A DNA stretch of 63,569 bases, counting the filler, from Reticulomyxa filosa (lineage: Eukaryota; Protista; Foraminifera): assembly GCA_000512085.1 (NCBI GenBank). It is 20 parts of 20 records of this genome, joined end to end, with 100 filler letters (N's around TTAATTAATTAA, not from the genome) between each part and the next. Parts side by side here need not be neighbours in the genome. Positions count along the whole stretch, not along the records: positions 50,638 to 51,994 come from ASPP01014983.1; positions 52,095 to 53,859 come from ASPP01017020.1; positions 53,960 to 56,106 come from ASPP01013878.1; positions 56,207 to 57,486 come from ASPP01001043.1; positions 57,587 to 59,287 come from ASPP01002867.1; positions 59,388 to 60,807 come from ASPP01021144.1; positions 60,908 to 63,569 come from ASPP01026541.1; 13 more parts are not named here. One strand, 5' to 3'. Shown here piece by piece: positions 51,680 to 63,569 of this stretch (within the stretch, counting starts at the first letter, position 1; each line of letters opens with the position of its first letter). The notes beneath the pieces are model-generated. The model was not told the origin of the DNA and made no database searches. It saw only the letters and a list, made by a program, of their open reading frames with translations. The translations under genes and the position numbers were made by a program.

Positions 51680-51994
51680 CCTAAAAAAGTTGGTGGTTGA
51701 GGCATAATCGTGTGTTTTTGTTTTGGAGTGTTAGTGTTTGGTTATGCATGTAACATTGATAGATGTGTAAATGCAGATATTTACAAAGAAATTTTAGGTA
51801 ACGAAATGCCCAAAAAGCATTAATGGCGTTTAGAAGATAATGAAAATTAGATATTTCAGCAAGATAAAGCCACCAACCACATAGCAATTACAGCAAAAGA
51901 TGTTTTGAACAAAATCGAAAATATGTGGTGGAAAGTAAAAACAAAAATATTCAAAAATGGACCATTCAGATCAAAAGAAGAACTTCTAAAACAA
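51680..51994 (+). mobile_element. Tc1/mariner-superfamily transposase remnant
   Basis: IDRCVNADIYKEIL...*IFQQDKATNH...LNKIENMWWKVKTKIFKNGPFRSKEEL, compare FQQDNAPxH and LNPIENLW; two in-frame stops, and the WPPxSP segment is missing. Confidence 0.8.
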
Positions 51995-52124
51995 NNNNNN
52001 NNNNNNNNNNNNNNNNNNNNNNNNNNNNNNNNNNNNNNTTAATTAATTAANNNNNNNNNNNNNNNNNNNNNNNNNNNNNNNNNNNNNNNNNNNNAAAAAA
52101 AAAAAAACACTCTTGCAAGAGACA

Positions 52125-52681
52125 CTGCAACTGAAATTTACACACAAAACACTCAGCACACAAAATTGTATCCATTGTTCTGACCTGTGAGCCTTCGCCA
52201 CATACACCAATTTCATCGAAAAGGGTATACTCCCTATTTTGCTCGTCTGTCCATGCCCAATTACACTTCTTATTTTTGGGGGACGCCATGACTCCTATCA
52301 AGGTGGATCGGTTCGCAAATCCATTGTTCTGTTTGTGTACACCACAATATAACATTTTAAAAACACAAAATTGAACCAGAAAAAAAATTGTAGTAACAAT
52401 GCACGCCCTTATGGCTACGTATGGACAACACGTGGTGTATGAATGACTGTTATTATCGTGTATACGTGTGTATACATATTATGTTAAACATTACGGCTTT
52501 GAAGGAAATTAGCATAATCCGACCCATCTATTCCGGCAAGTGTGGTATCATACGTGCTTTGGCAGTAATCGTCCCCGTCTGTCCAAGAGACGTTAGCTCG
52601 AGGATCTACAAACACCCATTTGCTGCTTGAACTTGAAACTTGAGTTATCAACAAAGTACACAAGCTTAAGAAAAATGACAT
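52125..52681 (-). CDS. Secreted C-type lectin-domain protein
   Basis: Signal peptide MSFFLSLCTLLITQVSS; VSWTDGDDYCQSTYDTTLAGI; second exon with LIGV...WAWTD...CFVC. Confidence 0.72.
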
Positions 52682-52939
52682 TACTATTTTTGAGCACTTT
52701 CTCTGTGGAAAAAAAAAACAAACTCTTGCACTTTTCACATGCCAAAAACTTAAAACGTGTAAAGTAGCCAGTGTAAGTGTTCAGTTTTAAATTTTTTAAA
52801 AATACAACAGAAAACGCAAATAAAAATAGCATCACCAAAATATTTACTAAAGAAAACGGGTATCCTTTTTTTCTCTCCCAGAGACAGAGTTTTTCATACT
52901 TTGTTTTCCCCGCGAAAAAAATCTTTATAGTGTGAAATT

Positions 52940-53780
52940 ATGACAGAGCCTGGCGTCACTTCTACAGATACATCAACAATAGTATTGTTTCGGAATATCC
53001 CTTCTAATATCCCGGAAAATGAACTGAAAGAGGTGTTTCAAACGTCTGGTAAAGTGGTAGACTATCAATTTCTTGGAAACGAGTGCATAGTAACGTATGA
53101 CAATAGCAACTCGGCGCAAAGCACAGTGATGTTGAATGGAGTGGAGATGATGACATCGACATTGAAAGTTGAAATAATCGATGAAACAACAAAGCAGCAG
53201 CTGTTGAATCGAGCCAGAAATGGATCAGCATTGCTTAATGCAACCAATGCAGAATCGGAAAGCAATTCGCACAACCTCAATGACCCGAACAAAGCGCTTA
53301 TAAACAAGACTATTAAAACGAATGGTCCCTTCAATTCTAAAATGAATGGTAACACTAATGCAAAAGGTGAAGACGATGACATATCCAAGGCAATGGCTTT
53401 GATTCAAGCCATGGCACAGCCTCAGCCTGATCAACTTCGAGAGGTTTGCGCTTTATTTTGTAATTATTGTGTGTGTTTTTTTTTTTTGAAGTGTTTGATG
53501 GTATCACTTTTTTTTTTTTTTTTGACAAAGAAGAAAGGAGGGGGGGGGAGGGGAGGGGACATAATGAAACAAATAAAAGTTTTGTTTTGTTTGTTTAAAC
53601 AATCGCGCTTGAATTGTACAGAATGAACAGAAATCGAATCAAATGGCTGACGAATTGTCACGTACCATTTATTTGGGGAATTTAAACCCACTTGTCACAG
53701 AGGAACATGTCAAACAATTTTTTGCTGATTGTGGAGTAGCTACTCATGTCAAAATTTTGGGGAACATTCAACATGTATAA
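52940..53780 (+). CDS. Two-RRM RNA-binding protein (SRSF11/SREK1-like), 3'-truncated
   Basis: RRM1 IVLFRNIPSNIPENELKEVFQTSGKV...MLNGVEM; RRM2 RTIYLGNLNPLVTEEHVKQFFADCG after an intron. Confidence 0.8.
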
Positions 53781-53959
53781 TAACATTAGCTTTTTTTTTT
53801 TTTTTAAAAAAAAAAAAAGCTAAAGGGTTTCGCAATTTCGAATTAAAAAAAAAAAAAAANNNNNNNNNNNNNNNNNNNNNNNNNNNNNNNNNNNNNNNNN
53901 NNNTTAATTAATTAANNNNNNNNNNNNNNNNNNNNNNNNNNNNNNNNNNNNNNNNNNNN

Positions 53960-56062
53960 TTTCATTGCACCCCGCCCAATGAACACACTCTTGATGTCAT
54001 CACTGGCTCTAAGAGACGACATAATCAGCGATATTACTTGTTGCTGTTGCGTGGCAGAGTGAATTGACAGCAACGTCCTCCCCAAATTCTCACAGTAAGT
54101 TTCTGCATCCCTCCAATTTCGTGAGCTCTTTACAAATACCCAGTTGTACACAGTCGTCTGTATCACTGCATTATTCCACAAGTCATGACCACCCTCACCA
54201 TACGTATACTTATAAGTAAATGTGAAGATACAAGATAAAAGATAAAAAAATATAAAAACGAGGGACCAAATACCTTGCGGAGCTTGTCGCACAAAGATTC
54301 GAACTGAAGTATTTTGTTGGCCCAATTTGTTTTGTCCAGGTAGCATTGGTCCAGTGAACTTTCCTTCATCACAATAATGCTAATATTGTATACGATTATA
54401 ATAATTTTCATTTATGTATTAATTGTACTAAACTTTAATAAAATAAAAAAATAAAAAAAACAAAAAAAAAAAAAAGTAACGGTACACACCTGACAAGCAT
54501 CCGTGCATTGATCCAAAGAATAGCCCCCATAAAACAAACCCCCTCCTGCAGTAGCATTTTGGACGCATCCGCATCCCTCATTTTCGGAGTTGCTTTGGAC
54601 GGATAGCCGATTAAAAGGGAGATTAGGTAGGAACGCCCAAGAAATGCCTCCCGGTTTGTACGTGTCATTGACAGCGCGACAAAAGGTGGCAAAGGTGGAT
54701 TGACTGTTTTCCATCAGCGTCGCAATGATGGGATTATTTGTCCGCACATGCGTGATATTTTTGGAAATCGCATATTGTCCGTCGAACAAATCCCATTCAT
54801 TATTTTGGAATTCAAACGCAATGTAATAATCGTTGTTGTTGTTGTTGTTGTCCTCCCATTGGATCATAACCTCGTCGTACATACCTTGAAAATATTTGCC
54901 AATGATACCACTACTGTTGTCGCGCAACAACGCATTGGAGTCATTGGTTACTTGGGACAAATCTCGTAGCAACGGCAACGTCCCTGCAGATAGGATCTCT
55001 TTCCCGACAAGTGTCCATCCTCCTCCATCCGTATCCATGTTGCAATATACGTCCATGACCCCTTGGCCAGGATTGACCCCATACACGCCACTGGGGACAC
55101 TTGCGTCCATGTCGCTGCATTGTCGAATGGTAGGAACTCCGCATATTGCATAACGCAAAGTGCTATCGCAATCCAAGTCATTCCATCCATATACCATCGT
55201 CCCTTCCAATGTCCCGTTGCTTTGAAAACGCAATTCCACACAGTCTTCCGCATTGCCGTAATTGTTGGGCTCTCCCGGCCACCAGTACGTATAATTCAAT
55301 GTGCTGTTATCGGTCCATTGCCACTGCTCGTCCGTTTCCTGATGCAAGCCAATCCAAAAGGCATTTGCCGAAAGTCCACTCTGATTCCATAAGCTGAGCA
55401 ATTCTTCTGTCATTATATCGTCATGAACTGATACCAAATGTCGTCCAATTTCTCGGCAATACTTTTCCGCCTCTTTCCATGTCAGCTGATATTTGACGAC
55501 CACGTATACCATTGTTGTCGCTGTCGCTGTCGTTGTTATTGGCATTGTTGTGGATTCAACTAGCTCAATGTACACTTGATCAGTTGCTGTGTTGCATCAA
55601 ACGTTAACACAAATAGGAGGATACTTCCCCCCTCCCTCTCATATACGTATACGTATGGTTACGTATACGTATATGGCATGCATATATGTTATATGTGTGT
55701 ATGGGGTCACATAAAAAAAAAAAAAAAGCAAACAAATGCTAACCATGCTTTCTTTCATAATAGGTGACACTCAGGGCGGAAGGCACTCCAAATTCCACCT
55801 CGTCAGAGCGACGATCCACGCTCATCACTGTGCAATTGAATCCAGAAAAAGAGTTCATAATTTGAAATGATTTACAAGTGTCCGATGTCCAACATGCCTC
55901 CACACATCTGTCTTTTTTTTTTGAGTTGGTATCATAGTTTTGTTCATTTGTTTGTTTCTTTCGCAACTTAGAAGGACTGCTTACAATCGAGGATGTGAAA
56001 GCTGAAGATGACACCGTGTTGAGATTGATACCCTTATTTGGAAATATTGAAAACGATTCCAA
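53960..56062 (-). CDS. Multidomain extracellular protein (PAN/apple-like, C-type lectin, fibrinogen-C-like, C-type lectin), partial
   Basis: CVEACWTSDTCKSF; TWKEAEKYC...LVSVH...FWIGL...WQWTD...WWPGEPNN...EDCV...WNDLDC; SGVYGVNP...VYCNMDTDGGGWTLV; second lectin domain NWRDAETYC...LLSIHS...VFIG. Confidence 0.88.
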
Positions 56063-56984
56063 AATATCTTTTTTTTTTTTAATTGTGCAAAAAAAAAAAA
56101 AAAAAANNNNNNNNNNNNNNNNNNNNNNNNNNNNNNNNNNNNNNNNNNNNTTAATTAATTAANNNNNNNNNNNNNNNNNNNNNNNNNNNNNNNNNNNNNN
56201 NNNNNNAATTATTCAAAAAAGGATAAATTGTAAGATAAGTATTTATATTTGTGATTATTTATTTAATGTAATAATTTCAGTTCAATTTTCATATTTGATT
56301 GAAAATAGCTGTTAGATATTACACATTTGTCTTCCTTGTGATCAAAGTAATTAATTGAATCCATTGGATATTCCAAATATTTGAGACTTCGAAACAAAAA
56401 TAACTCAACACAAAATTAAAAAAAAATAAAATCTTAAATGAATCATTTGGACTTGACAACCTTTGTCAACAATGAAAAATCAGAAATTTGATGTCTTTGA
56501 GTAGTTGACCAAATTGCATATTTGCAAAAAAAGTAATTTGAAGAGAACTCTTTCCATAAAAAAATTAAAAATTATTAGTCATTCATTTTCTTTCATCAAT
56601 TATACTCATATTCTCTTTGTATAATTTAGAGGTTTGTTAATTGTTTGCAATAACAAAAAAAAACTCTTTCCTATAGAAAAAAAGTTGTTGGTGTGTATGT
56701 ATAAATAATGGATGTTAATATTCTACAAAATAAAACATTTATTTTTCATATAAAGTTTATATTTATTAAATAAATAAATTCATTTCAGTTTTTATTAACC
56801 CTTCGTGAACTTTAAAAAAAGTTGAAAAGCATCTTTTTCATCATCTTTGTATCATTAAAGATCATCTCAAGGAAAAAAAAAATGGAAAGAAGATACTTTA
56901 GCTTGGTAATGAGAGTTTCGTTTAAGTTTTTTTTAGGTTCTTCTTCTTATTGTTTTTCTCATTTTGCTTTATGATTAAAACAGT

Positions 56985-57486
56985 CAAAAGAAGAAGAGAT
57001 CCAAATCATTATTCATCATTGGATTAGAACATTAAACATTCAATTAGGATGGATCAAAGATTTTGAAAAACTTGTTGTCAATTATGTTAGTTCATTTGTT
57101 CATTCTTTTCTAAATGCCAATCGAAACATTCCAATATTATTTAACATAGGTGCATACTATCTTCATGTTTGACACATTTCGTTCATCATCCAAATTAATC
57201 AATACATTCAATGGACATACAAAAGCTGTGTGGAGTATTGATTATTCAACATTTGATAATTGTCAATTCATTTGTTCTGGATCAACTGATGAAACAATTC
57301 TTGTATGTGATGTTGATAACAATAAACAAATTCAATCATTCAGTGGACATTCATCTGAAGTGTATTGTGTGAAATTTTCATCATATCATTATCATAATCA
57401 TCGTCAATATGTCATTTGTTCTTCATCATTTGATAAACCATTCGTTTTTGGGTATGTCAAATATGAAAACAATTACAATATTCAAT
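56985..57486 (+). CDS. WD40-repeat protein of an expanded family, partial and possibly a pseudogene
   Basis: EEEIQIIIHHWIRTLNIQLGWIKDFEKLVVNY, intron, then FMFDTFRSSSKLINTFNGHTKAVWSIDYSTF...ICSGS.D.TI...QIQSFSGHS..VYCVKFSSYHY. Confidence 0.88.
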
Positions 57487-57586
57487 NNNNNNNNNNNNNN
57501 NNNNNNNNNNNNNNNNNNNNNNNNNNNNNNTTAATTAATTAANNNNNNNNNNNNNNNNNNNNNNNNNNNNNNNNNNNNNNNNNNNN

Positions 57587-59078
57587 AACCGTTGATTGAT
57601 CTCGCCGTACAACCTTTGAGATTTTATTTGTTTTTTTGATATTTTAAAGATTAAATTGAAACTTAAAATTTTTTTCACTTGTTGTTGGTTGTGTGAAGTT
57701 TTTGATATGTTTTGTTGATCTTTTCCATTTTTTGTTTGTTTTCATTAGAGTATTGTGTTCCTTTTGGGACGAGGTGCTCATTTTAACTTGGAAAAAAAAA
57801 CAAAAAAAACTAAAGAATGAAGGTGCTGACTATACCTTTATTTAGCATGCAAGCCTTGCTAAATGGCTTTTTTGTTAGCACTACGCTCGATAAAAGTCTC
57901 TTTCTTTTAACTGTTGTACTGAACCGGAGACACAAATAAATTGCAACAAATGCGTTGCCAAAATGGCCAAAAAGTACATAAATTAAAAAAATTAACTATA
58001 TCAGTATCTTGTTAGTTTGAAACAGCTTGACTTTTTCTGACGAGTTTGAGATATATCGAAATATCTGTTTGTTTTTTTTTCAGATGGTAAATGTTGTGAT
58101 ATTGAAATTCCAAAAAGAAAAGAAAAAAAACCGAAAGGAGGAAAAAACATCATAACCAGGCACCTCACTCACACGGAATACAGTACTAAAATTATAATAC
58201 ATTACAAAGTAATCAATAAAACAACATTTGCACGTTTCATGTGTCATCATTAAAACCAAAAGCAAAATAAAATATTTAATATCAAAATCTGAAAAATGAA
58301 ACATATTACAAAGCAGAGACTGAAAGCTCTGTAAGTCGCATCCAGGGGTTGGGGCATGTATTTGGACATGTCCCCTTGAGCGATGGCACTTTGTTTGACA
58401 CTATTTTGGCTTAGTTACCTTTGATGATGAGAGGGGTCAATTAATTTTTTTTACCTGTTTGTTCTATGCCAACACAAGATTATGACAATTGAATCCCTGG
58501 AAGAATGTAATTGTTGAATTGACAAAACTCAAACTTGAACACAGTACTAAATAATACAATACGTTACAAAAAAGTAACCGACAAATATTCAAGTTTCAAC
58601 ATTGAAGCAATTATTATTTTTTTAATTTATTTTAGAATTTGTCCAAATGAAAATAAGAATGCATCCATTTATATCATTTCAAAATGATCTCAATTTAACC
58701 CACAAAACTTTTTGATCATCGCACAGTAGCAGCTCAGAGGGAATCCAAGTTTCCCTTTGGGATCACGCTCAAATTCTGCGAGACTCCAGCAAATGGGCCT
58801 GGCTTGGAGCCGTAGGCTTCTCGCGTTTTTGGCAGTCCAAAAACATTTGTTAGTGAGATGCCGAGCCGCTATTTTTTGCCACTCTCTTCGCTTCGGCATT
58901 TGTCCTGTTGGCCTTTTTAGTTAGCCAGCGATGATGAATTTTTTATTTTATTTTTTATTCTTCAGATTGTCAATTACATCTATGGAAGAAGGCAAACATT
59001 GTGCCCATTTAATTGATATAAGGAAATATTGTAAACAAGCACCCGAAGACTGAAGGTCAGAGAGATCAATCAACGGTT
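57587..59078. mobile_element. Candidate non-autonomous DNA transposon bounded by a perfect 17-bp inverted repeat
   Basis: AACCGTTGATTGATCTC (57587-57603, the first bases of the contig) and GAGATCAATCAACGGTT (59062-59078); no recognisable ORF inside. Confidence 0.55.
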
Positions 59079-61237
59079 GTGAAAACAAATTTGGCTCTTT
59101 CCTGTGGAATGGTCAGGGGGAATTACAGGAGCAATGCCAATGCTCAACCGAATCCTCTGAGCCTTGTTTTCGAAGTGTTGAAGTATCATTGAAATATTTA
59201 GATTCAATTCACCTCTTTTAACAAATTAAAGCAAACTAAAATTTAAACACTTATTATTAAAGAAAAGCATGTGAATGCTGTTGATATNNNNNNNNNNNNN
59301 NNNNNNNNNNNNNNNNNNNNNNNNNNNNNNNTTAATTAATTAANNNNNNNNNNNNNNNNNNNNNNNNNNNNNNNNNNNNNNNNNNNNAAATCTCTAAATC
59401 TCTTTCGTATAGTCATTATAGCAATCTGTATTTTTATGAGTATTCATTATACTTTGATTGCTATTCTTTTCTTCATTAATGATAGTATTGTAATTAGTTT
59501 TATTAAATACAAAACTTTTGTATTCTTGATTACGAAACTATTCATAAACAACACCACCCAAACGAATTCTATATCCAACATTATGACTTTTCTTAGATTT
59601 AAACAAAACAATTGAATAAATAATTTGAATAACTGTCTTTTGAAAATGGATTGAATGCTATTGTAACACAATTACTCCAATCTTTAAACACACGATTGAT
59701 ATAATTTTGATACAACAATTGACAAACCAAATGTGATGAAAATGTTGAATCAAGTATTTTGTAAGTGTGAAATATTGTTTACAAAAAATTGGATATGAAG
59801 AATACAATGATAAAAAATAGATAATCAAAATTCTGAAACTTATAAAAAGTAAATCATGAACAAATCAAGCTCTTGCACTTTCTTTGTTAGAAATAGTGTT
59901 GTCAATGTAAAAGTTAATAATTATTTGTTTTCTGTTTTTACACAGTTTAATGGACTTTAATTTTATTTTACATTAATTAATTATAAACAACCGTAGCTGA
60001 CACATATGCTGAAAAAAACTTTCAAATCACAACCAACAAAGCCCAGTTTGCTAGCAGATCAACATGTTGTTGGCATCTCTGATTTGAATTTCTTATCATC
60101 ATATTCTTAGCTTTATTTTCTTGAAAAAAATATATTTATTTTATTTAGTGAAATTGTTCTCATTATGTTACTCTTGTAAATGATACCAAAGGTAATGTTA
60201 GTGCTATTTTACTTCTGCAAGTCAATGTTTTTTTAACGCAGCTTGGATTATTCGTTCAATTTGTTCTAAAAATTACCTTATCTTTTAACTTGTCTAAGTT
60301 GGTGCAAAGCAACGTTTTACCCTTTAACATTTTCAACTTTAAAATGTGTCTTGAATGTGCTTATTTCTGAGCATATTATTATTTATTTACAATAATAAAT
60401 ATGTATTTATCTAATGATGTTATATTTATTTGTATATGAAAAAAAGAAATTTGAATTATTAAAACAAAAAATATTCACAAAAATTTGTTGGAATGATGTT
60501 AATGAAATGACTTGTCTTCTTTGTTATTTGCATAAACAATGTTCAAATTTCGTAATAAGCATTATACCTTTGTTGAAAAAGACAATTTTGTTCAAACACA
60601 AAAAATTGTTTAAAAAATTTTAAAAAAGTGTTGTTCATGTACTTATTTTTGAACATAACACACTTTATATAAAATGGTAATTTTTGTATAATTTAAACTA
60701 TCATTTAACATATTCTCTTTCATGACATAAATTTTCTATTATTACAATAAAAGTAAAAGTTTGCATTTGCTTATTGATATCACACAAATTCAAAAAATCA
60801 TTGCGTGNNNNNNNNNNNNNNNNNNNNNNNNNNNNNNNNNNNNNNNNNNNNTTAATTAATTAANNNNNNNNNNNNNNNNNNNNNNNNNNNNNNNNNNNNN
60901 NNNNNNNGCCAAACAAATAATTATTCTGAGACATAAAATTTGAAGAACTGAAAGCCATCATACAATACTGTCACGATAACAAATTGAAAATAAGGCCGTA
61001 AGTATGTTGTCTCCAAACGGGATCAGTTTGTCTAACGAAGGTATCTATTTTTACAAAAAAAAGTTCGAGAAAAAGGTGAAAGGAAAGAAAGACATTTTTG
61101 GAAAACAAAAGAATATTCAAATTTTTTGAATATTTGGAGAAAAAATTTCAAAATGACGTATTCTATTTTTATTTTTATTTTGTTGTCCCTTTTCCACAAT
61201 AAAAAAACAAAAAAAAAGGATGATAACTTTAGTAAAA

Positions 61238-62020
61238 TGAATCATGTGTTATGCATCGATGCGGAATCTGCAAGTGATAGTGCAAAGTGGTTGTATATCC
61301 ATACGGAATGACGTTGGAGAACATTCCATCAATATTGATTGGGCATATGCTCTTGCGATACGCAAGTGTAGCATTGATTGCAAATAATCCATCGTTGCAA
61401 TGCACAGCAGGTAGTGTCATACGAACAAGATGATGACATCTAGGAACTGTTTCCGTTTGTCCGCGTGGGCCTGGGCAGCTTGGGCATGGTAACGCAAATG
61501 ACCTTGCAATGCGTGAAGAGTCACAAGCTAAAGGAAGAATTGTGCGTCTATTCGCACAAAGAGTTGACGAAAAAGATGGCTGACGACTAGTGGCTCAAGC
61601 TTACCAGCAAACAACCGCAAGGCTTCCATGGATTTGTCGACCCGTTCATTCGCGAAGAGAACAGGCCCATTTGACAGATAGCGATCATGTCACGTTGAAC
61701 GATGATATTATTGTCTTTGAGTGCGGTGGGCAGCAGCTTGTTTACAAAATATGCTTCCTCACACTCAAAATGACGCCCCTATCGTTCTCAATTTGTTGCA
61801 TCACATTCAAAAGTTGCAAATTCATGTACCCGTACACCGAGCGAACAGCGATTGACAGCAGTACATCCAATCTTTTTAAAAATGTATAAATATACATAAT
61901 ATAATTGTTACGTAGAAAGTATACGTTGTTTTTTTAAAAAACAATTAAAATAATAACGAGTCGGCCTATTCCTCCAATGAAAAGACAAATTCATGTGGTT
62001 TGTGATTATGTTTATTCATC
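61238..62020 (+). pseudogene. L-galactono-1,4-lactone dehydrogenase-like (FAD-linked) pseudogene
   Basis: YGMTLENIPSI, ELFPFVRVGLGSLGMVTQMTLQCV and FECGGQQLV (compare FDCGGQQWV), with stops and frameshifts. Confidence 0.72.
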
Positions 62021-62087
62021 AACACAATAGCAAAAAACTCGAGTTGATATCATCAAGAACTTTGTTTGTATGAACGTGCGCTTAGTC

Positions 62088-62990
62088 AAGTGTGGTCATC
62101 TTTGGCGGAGAAGAGCTTGCGCACATGAATTTCATCGGAAAATTGGACTCATTTTTGGAAATTTACTGTGTGGACAGTCAAAGCCAAAGTCATTTGGTCT
62201 ACAAGTCCGAAGTCATCAAATTTTCTTTTTAATGATCCCGTAACACACTTCCCAATCTAATATTGTTGATGAAGCGTTTGTCTGTGTTTCAAAAAAAAAA
62301 CGTATGGGACTGCGACAGTAACGATAATCAAGAGTTGATCACGAAGTGAAAATGAACTTAAACTTCTCGCGCAATGACTTCAAATGTGATTTGGAGAACA
62401 CCAAAAAAAGGCAATAAGATGTGCGTTTTGAAAGTCACTGAGCTAAAGTCGACAGTGGCTCATTCGTTTTTAGACTTTTTGGCAGGTGGTGTGGCATGTC
62501 GCTGATAGTCGCCATTGACTTCACTAGATCCAATGGCCACCCTTTGCACAATCAAAGTTTGCAATATTTGTCTCCTCAGTGCCCACAATACCAACAAGAT
62601 ATTCACACTATTTGCGATATTGTGTCTTTCTATGATTCCGATTAAAAATTTCATGTGTTGATTTGTTAAGTTGAAAAAAAAAATCATGTTTGGCCTATCA
62701 TTGACCGCTCCTTTTTTTTTTAATTGTAGCAAAGATGCCGGATGGAAAAGTATCACATCACTTTGCATTGGACGGTAACAAATTGAACCAGGAGACTATT
62801 GCATTTATGATTGAGCAAGTGCACACTTTGGCGATCAAACATGGATTTGTATAGGCCGATCCTTTTCCAACAGATTTTATCAAATGTTATTTCAATCGCC
62901 TCTGCTATGCATTCCAACATTAAAAACAAAATTTGATATTTCACCTTGTTAATTTTGACAGATGAATTATTTCAAAGAAACTAATGATTT
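62088..62990 (+). pseudogene. Copine (C2 plus vWA) pseudogene
   Basis: MNFIGKLDSFLEIY...LVYKSEVIK (C2); HSFLDFLAGG / SLIVAIDFTRSNGHP...SL...YQQ...IVSFYDSD; AKMPDGKVSHHFALDGN; several frameshifts. Confidence 0.82.
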
Positions 62991-63569
62991 GTTTAGTTAT
63001 ATTTGTTGTAAAAATATTTAAGACAAAAGTATATACAAATCAAGAAACAAAGTAAAAAAAAACAAAAATATATATGAGATACATCCGACAACCTCGTTGG
63101 CTTGTGCATGTATTTAGGAAATAGGATTACCAATGCTTGTTGCAACGGTAGTTGCAGTAATTTTGGATGTGTCAAACAATGTAAATGTGTCAACAAACTA
63201 CTGGCACGTAATGTATTGTCGTTTATTTTACCATACAAAGTCATCGTTCCTGATTGAAGATAAAGCGACATCCGATAATTGATGATTTCATAAAAAGTGC
63301 GCTTGCTCGCTTCGTGCCAGTGCTTATGTTTGTTAATTCCACCAAACATTCACAAACTGCTTTGTATAGTTCCATAATGCAAAACCAATGATCATCTAGA
63401 AGAATATCATAAAAATAAAAATTAGTATTGTAAATCTGCATTATTTCAAATAGAACGTTTCTGTACCTTTTATTTTTTTTTAAAAAGGAAATATTTGCAT
63501 ATATCACTATCCAGTATAACCTTTTGGTTGGATAAAAAAAGTTTTTGTAATTGTAACAATTATGAATTG

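Noticed and set aside
51821-51850. In-frame TAA/TAG suggesting stop-codon reassignment
   Set aside because: Intact genes (Rho, BUB3, TRM9-like) end at TAA/TAG and have no internal stops. The stops occur only in decayed sequences that also carry indels.
59388-60807. Possible decayed coding sequence (also 9488-9930, 25200-26150, 46600-48600 and 50638-51300)
   Set aside because: Fragments look like old pseudogene debris, but no family motif could be identified with confidence.
8308-60907. Regularly recurring TTAATTAATTAA palindrome flanked by Ns, as a biological repeat or CRISPR-like array
   Set aside because: It is an artificial six-frame-stop contig linker. ORFs running into X residues and any gene clustering across the linkers are artefacts.

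Overview
AT-rich, intron-rich eukaryotic nuclear DNA in the standard genetic code. It is not one locus: 20 short contigs are joined by 19 artificial 100-nt spacers (N44-TTAATTAATTAA-N44), so adjacency across spacers means nothing. Expanded WD40, Kelch-like, TRAF-zinc-finger and G-alpha families, many pseudogenes, and introns with poly-A/T and TA-repeat tracts suggest a rhizarian, probably the foraminiferan Reticulomyxa filosa (inference from recalled family motifs, not a search). Recognisable genes: Rho GTPase, a RING/TRAF-zinc-finger-RanBD fusion, metallophosphoesterase, TatD, patatin-like lipase, BUB3, bulb-type lectin receptor, protein kinase, LRR protein, ankyrin protein, HMA-domain protein, G-alpha, TRM9-like methyltransferase, ABCG transporter, RRM protein and two C-type lectin proteins. 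Remnants include a Tc1 transposase, a Res-type helicase, GLDH, copine, a CH-domain protein, Kelch and WD40 genes. The most striking object is a ~1.4-kb GC-elevated, essentially non-coding segment at 30179-31584. By hand it folds almost completely into nested helices on the + strand. It carries a near-canonical hammerhead ribozyme core, has a group II intron-like GUGCG at its left junction, and ends in an ATG-initiated frame cut off by the contig end. It is a candidate large structured RNA or ribozyme-bearing mobile element. Several inverted-repeat elements and a duplicated intronic double hairpin are also present.
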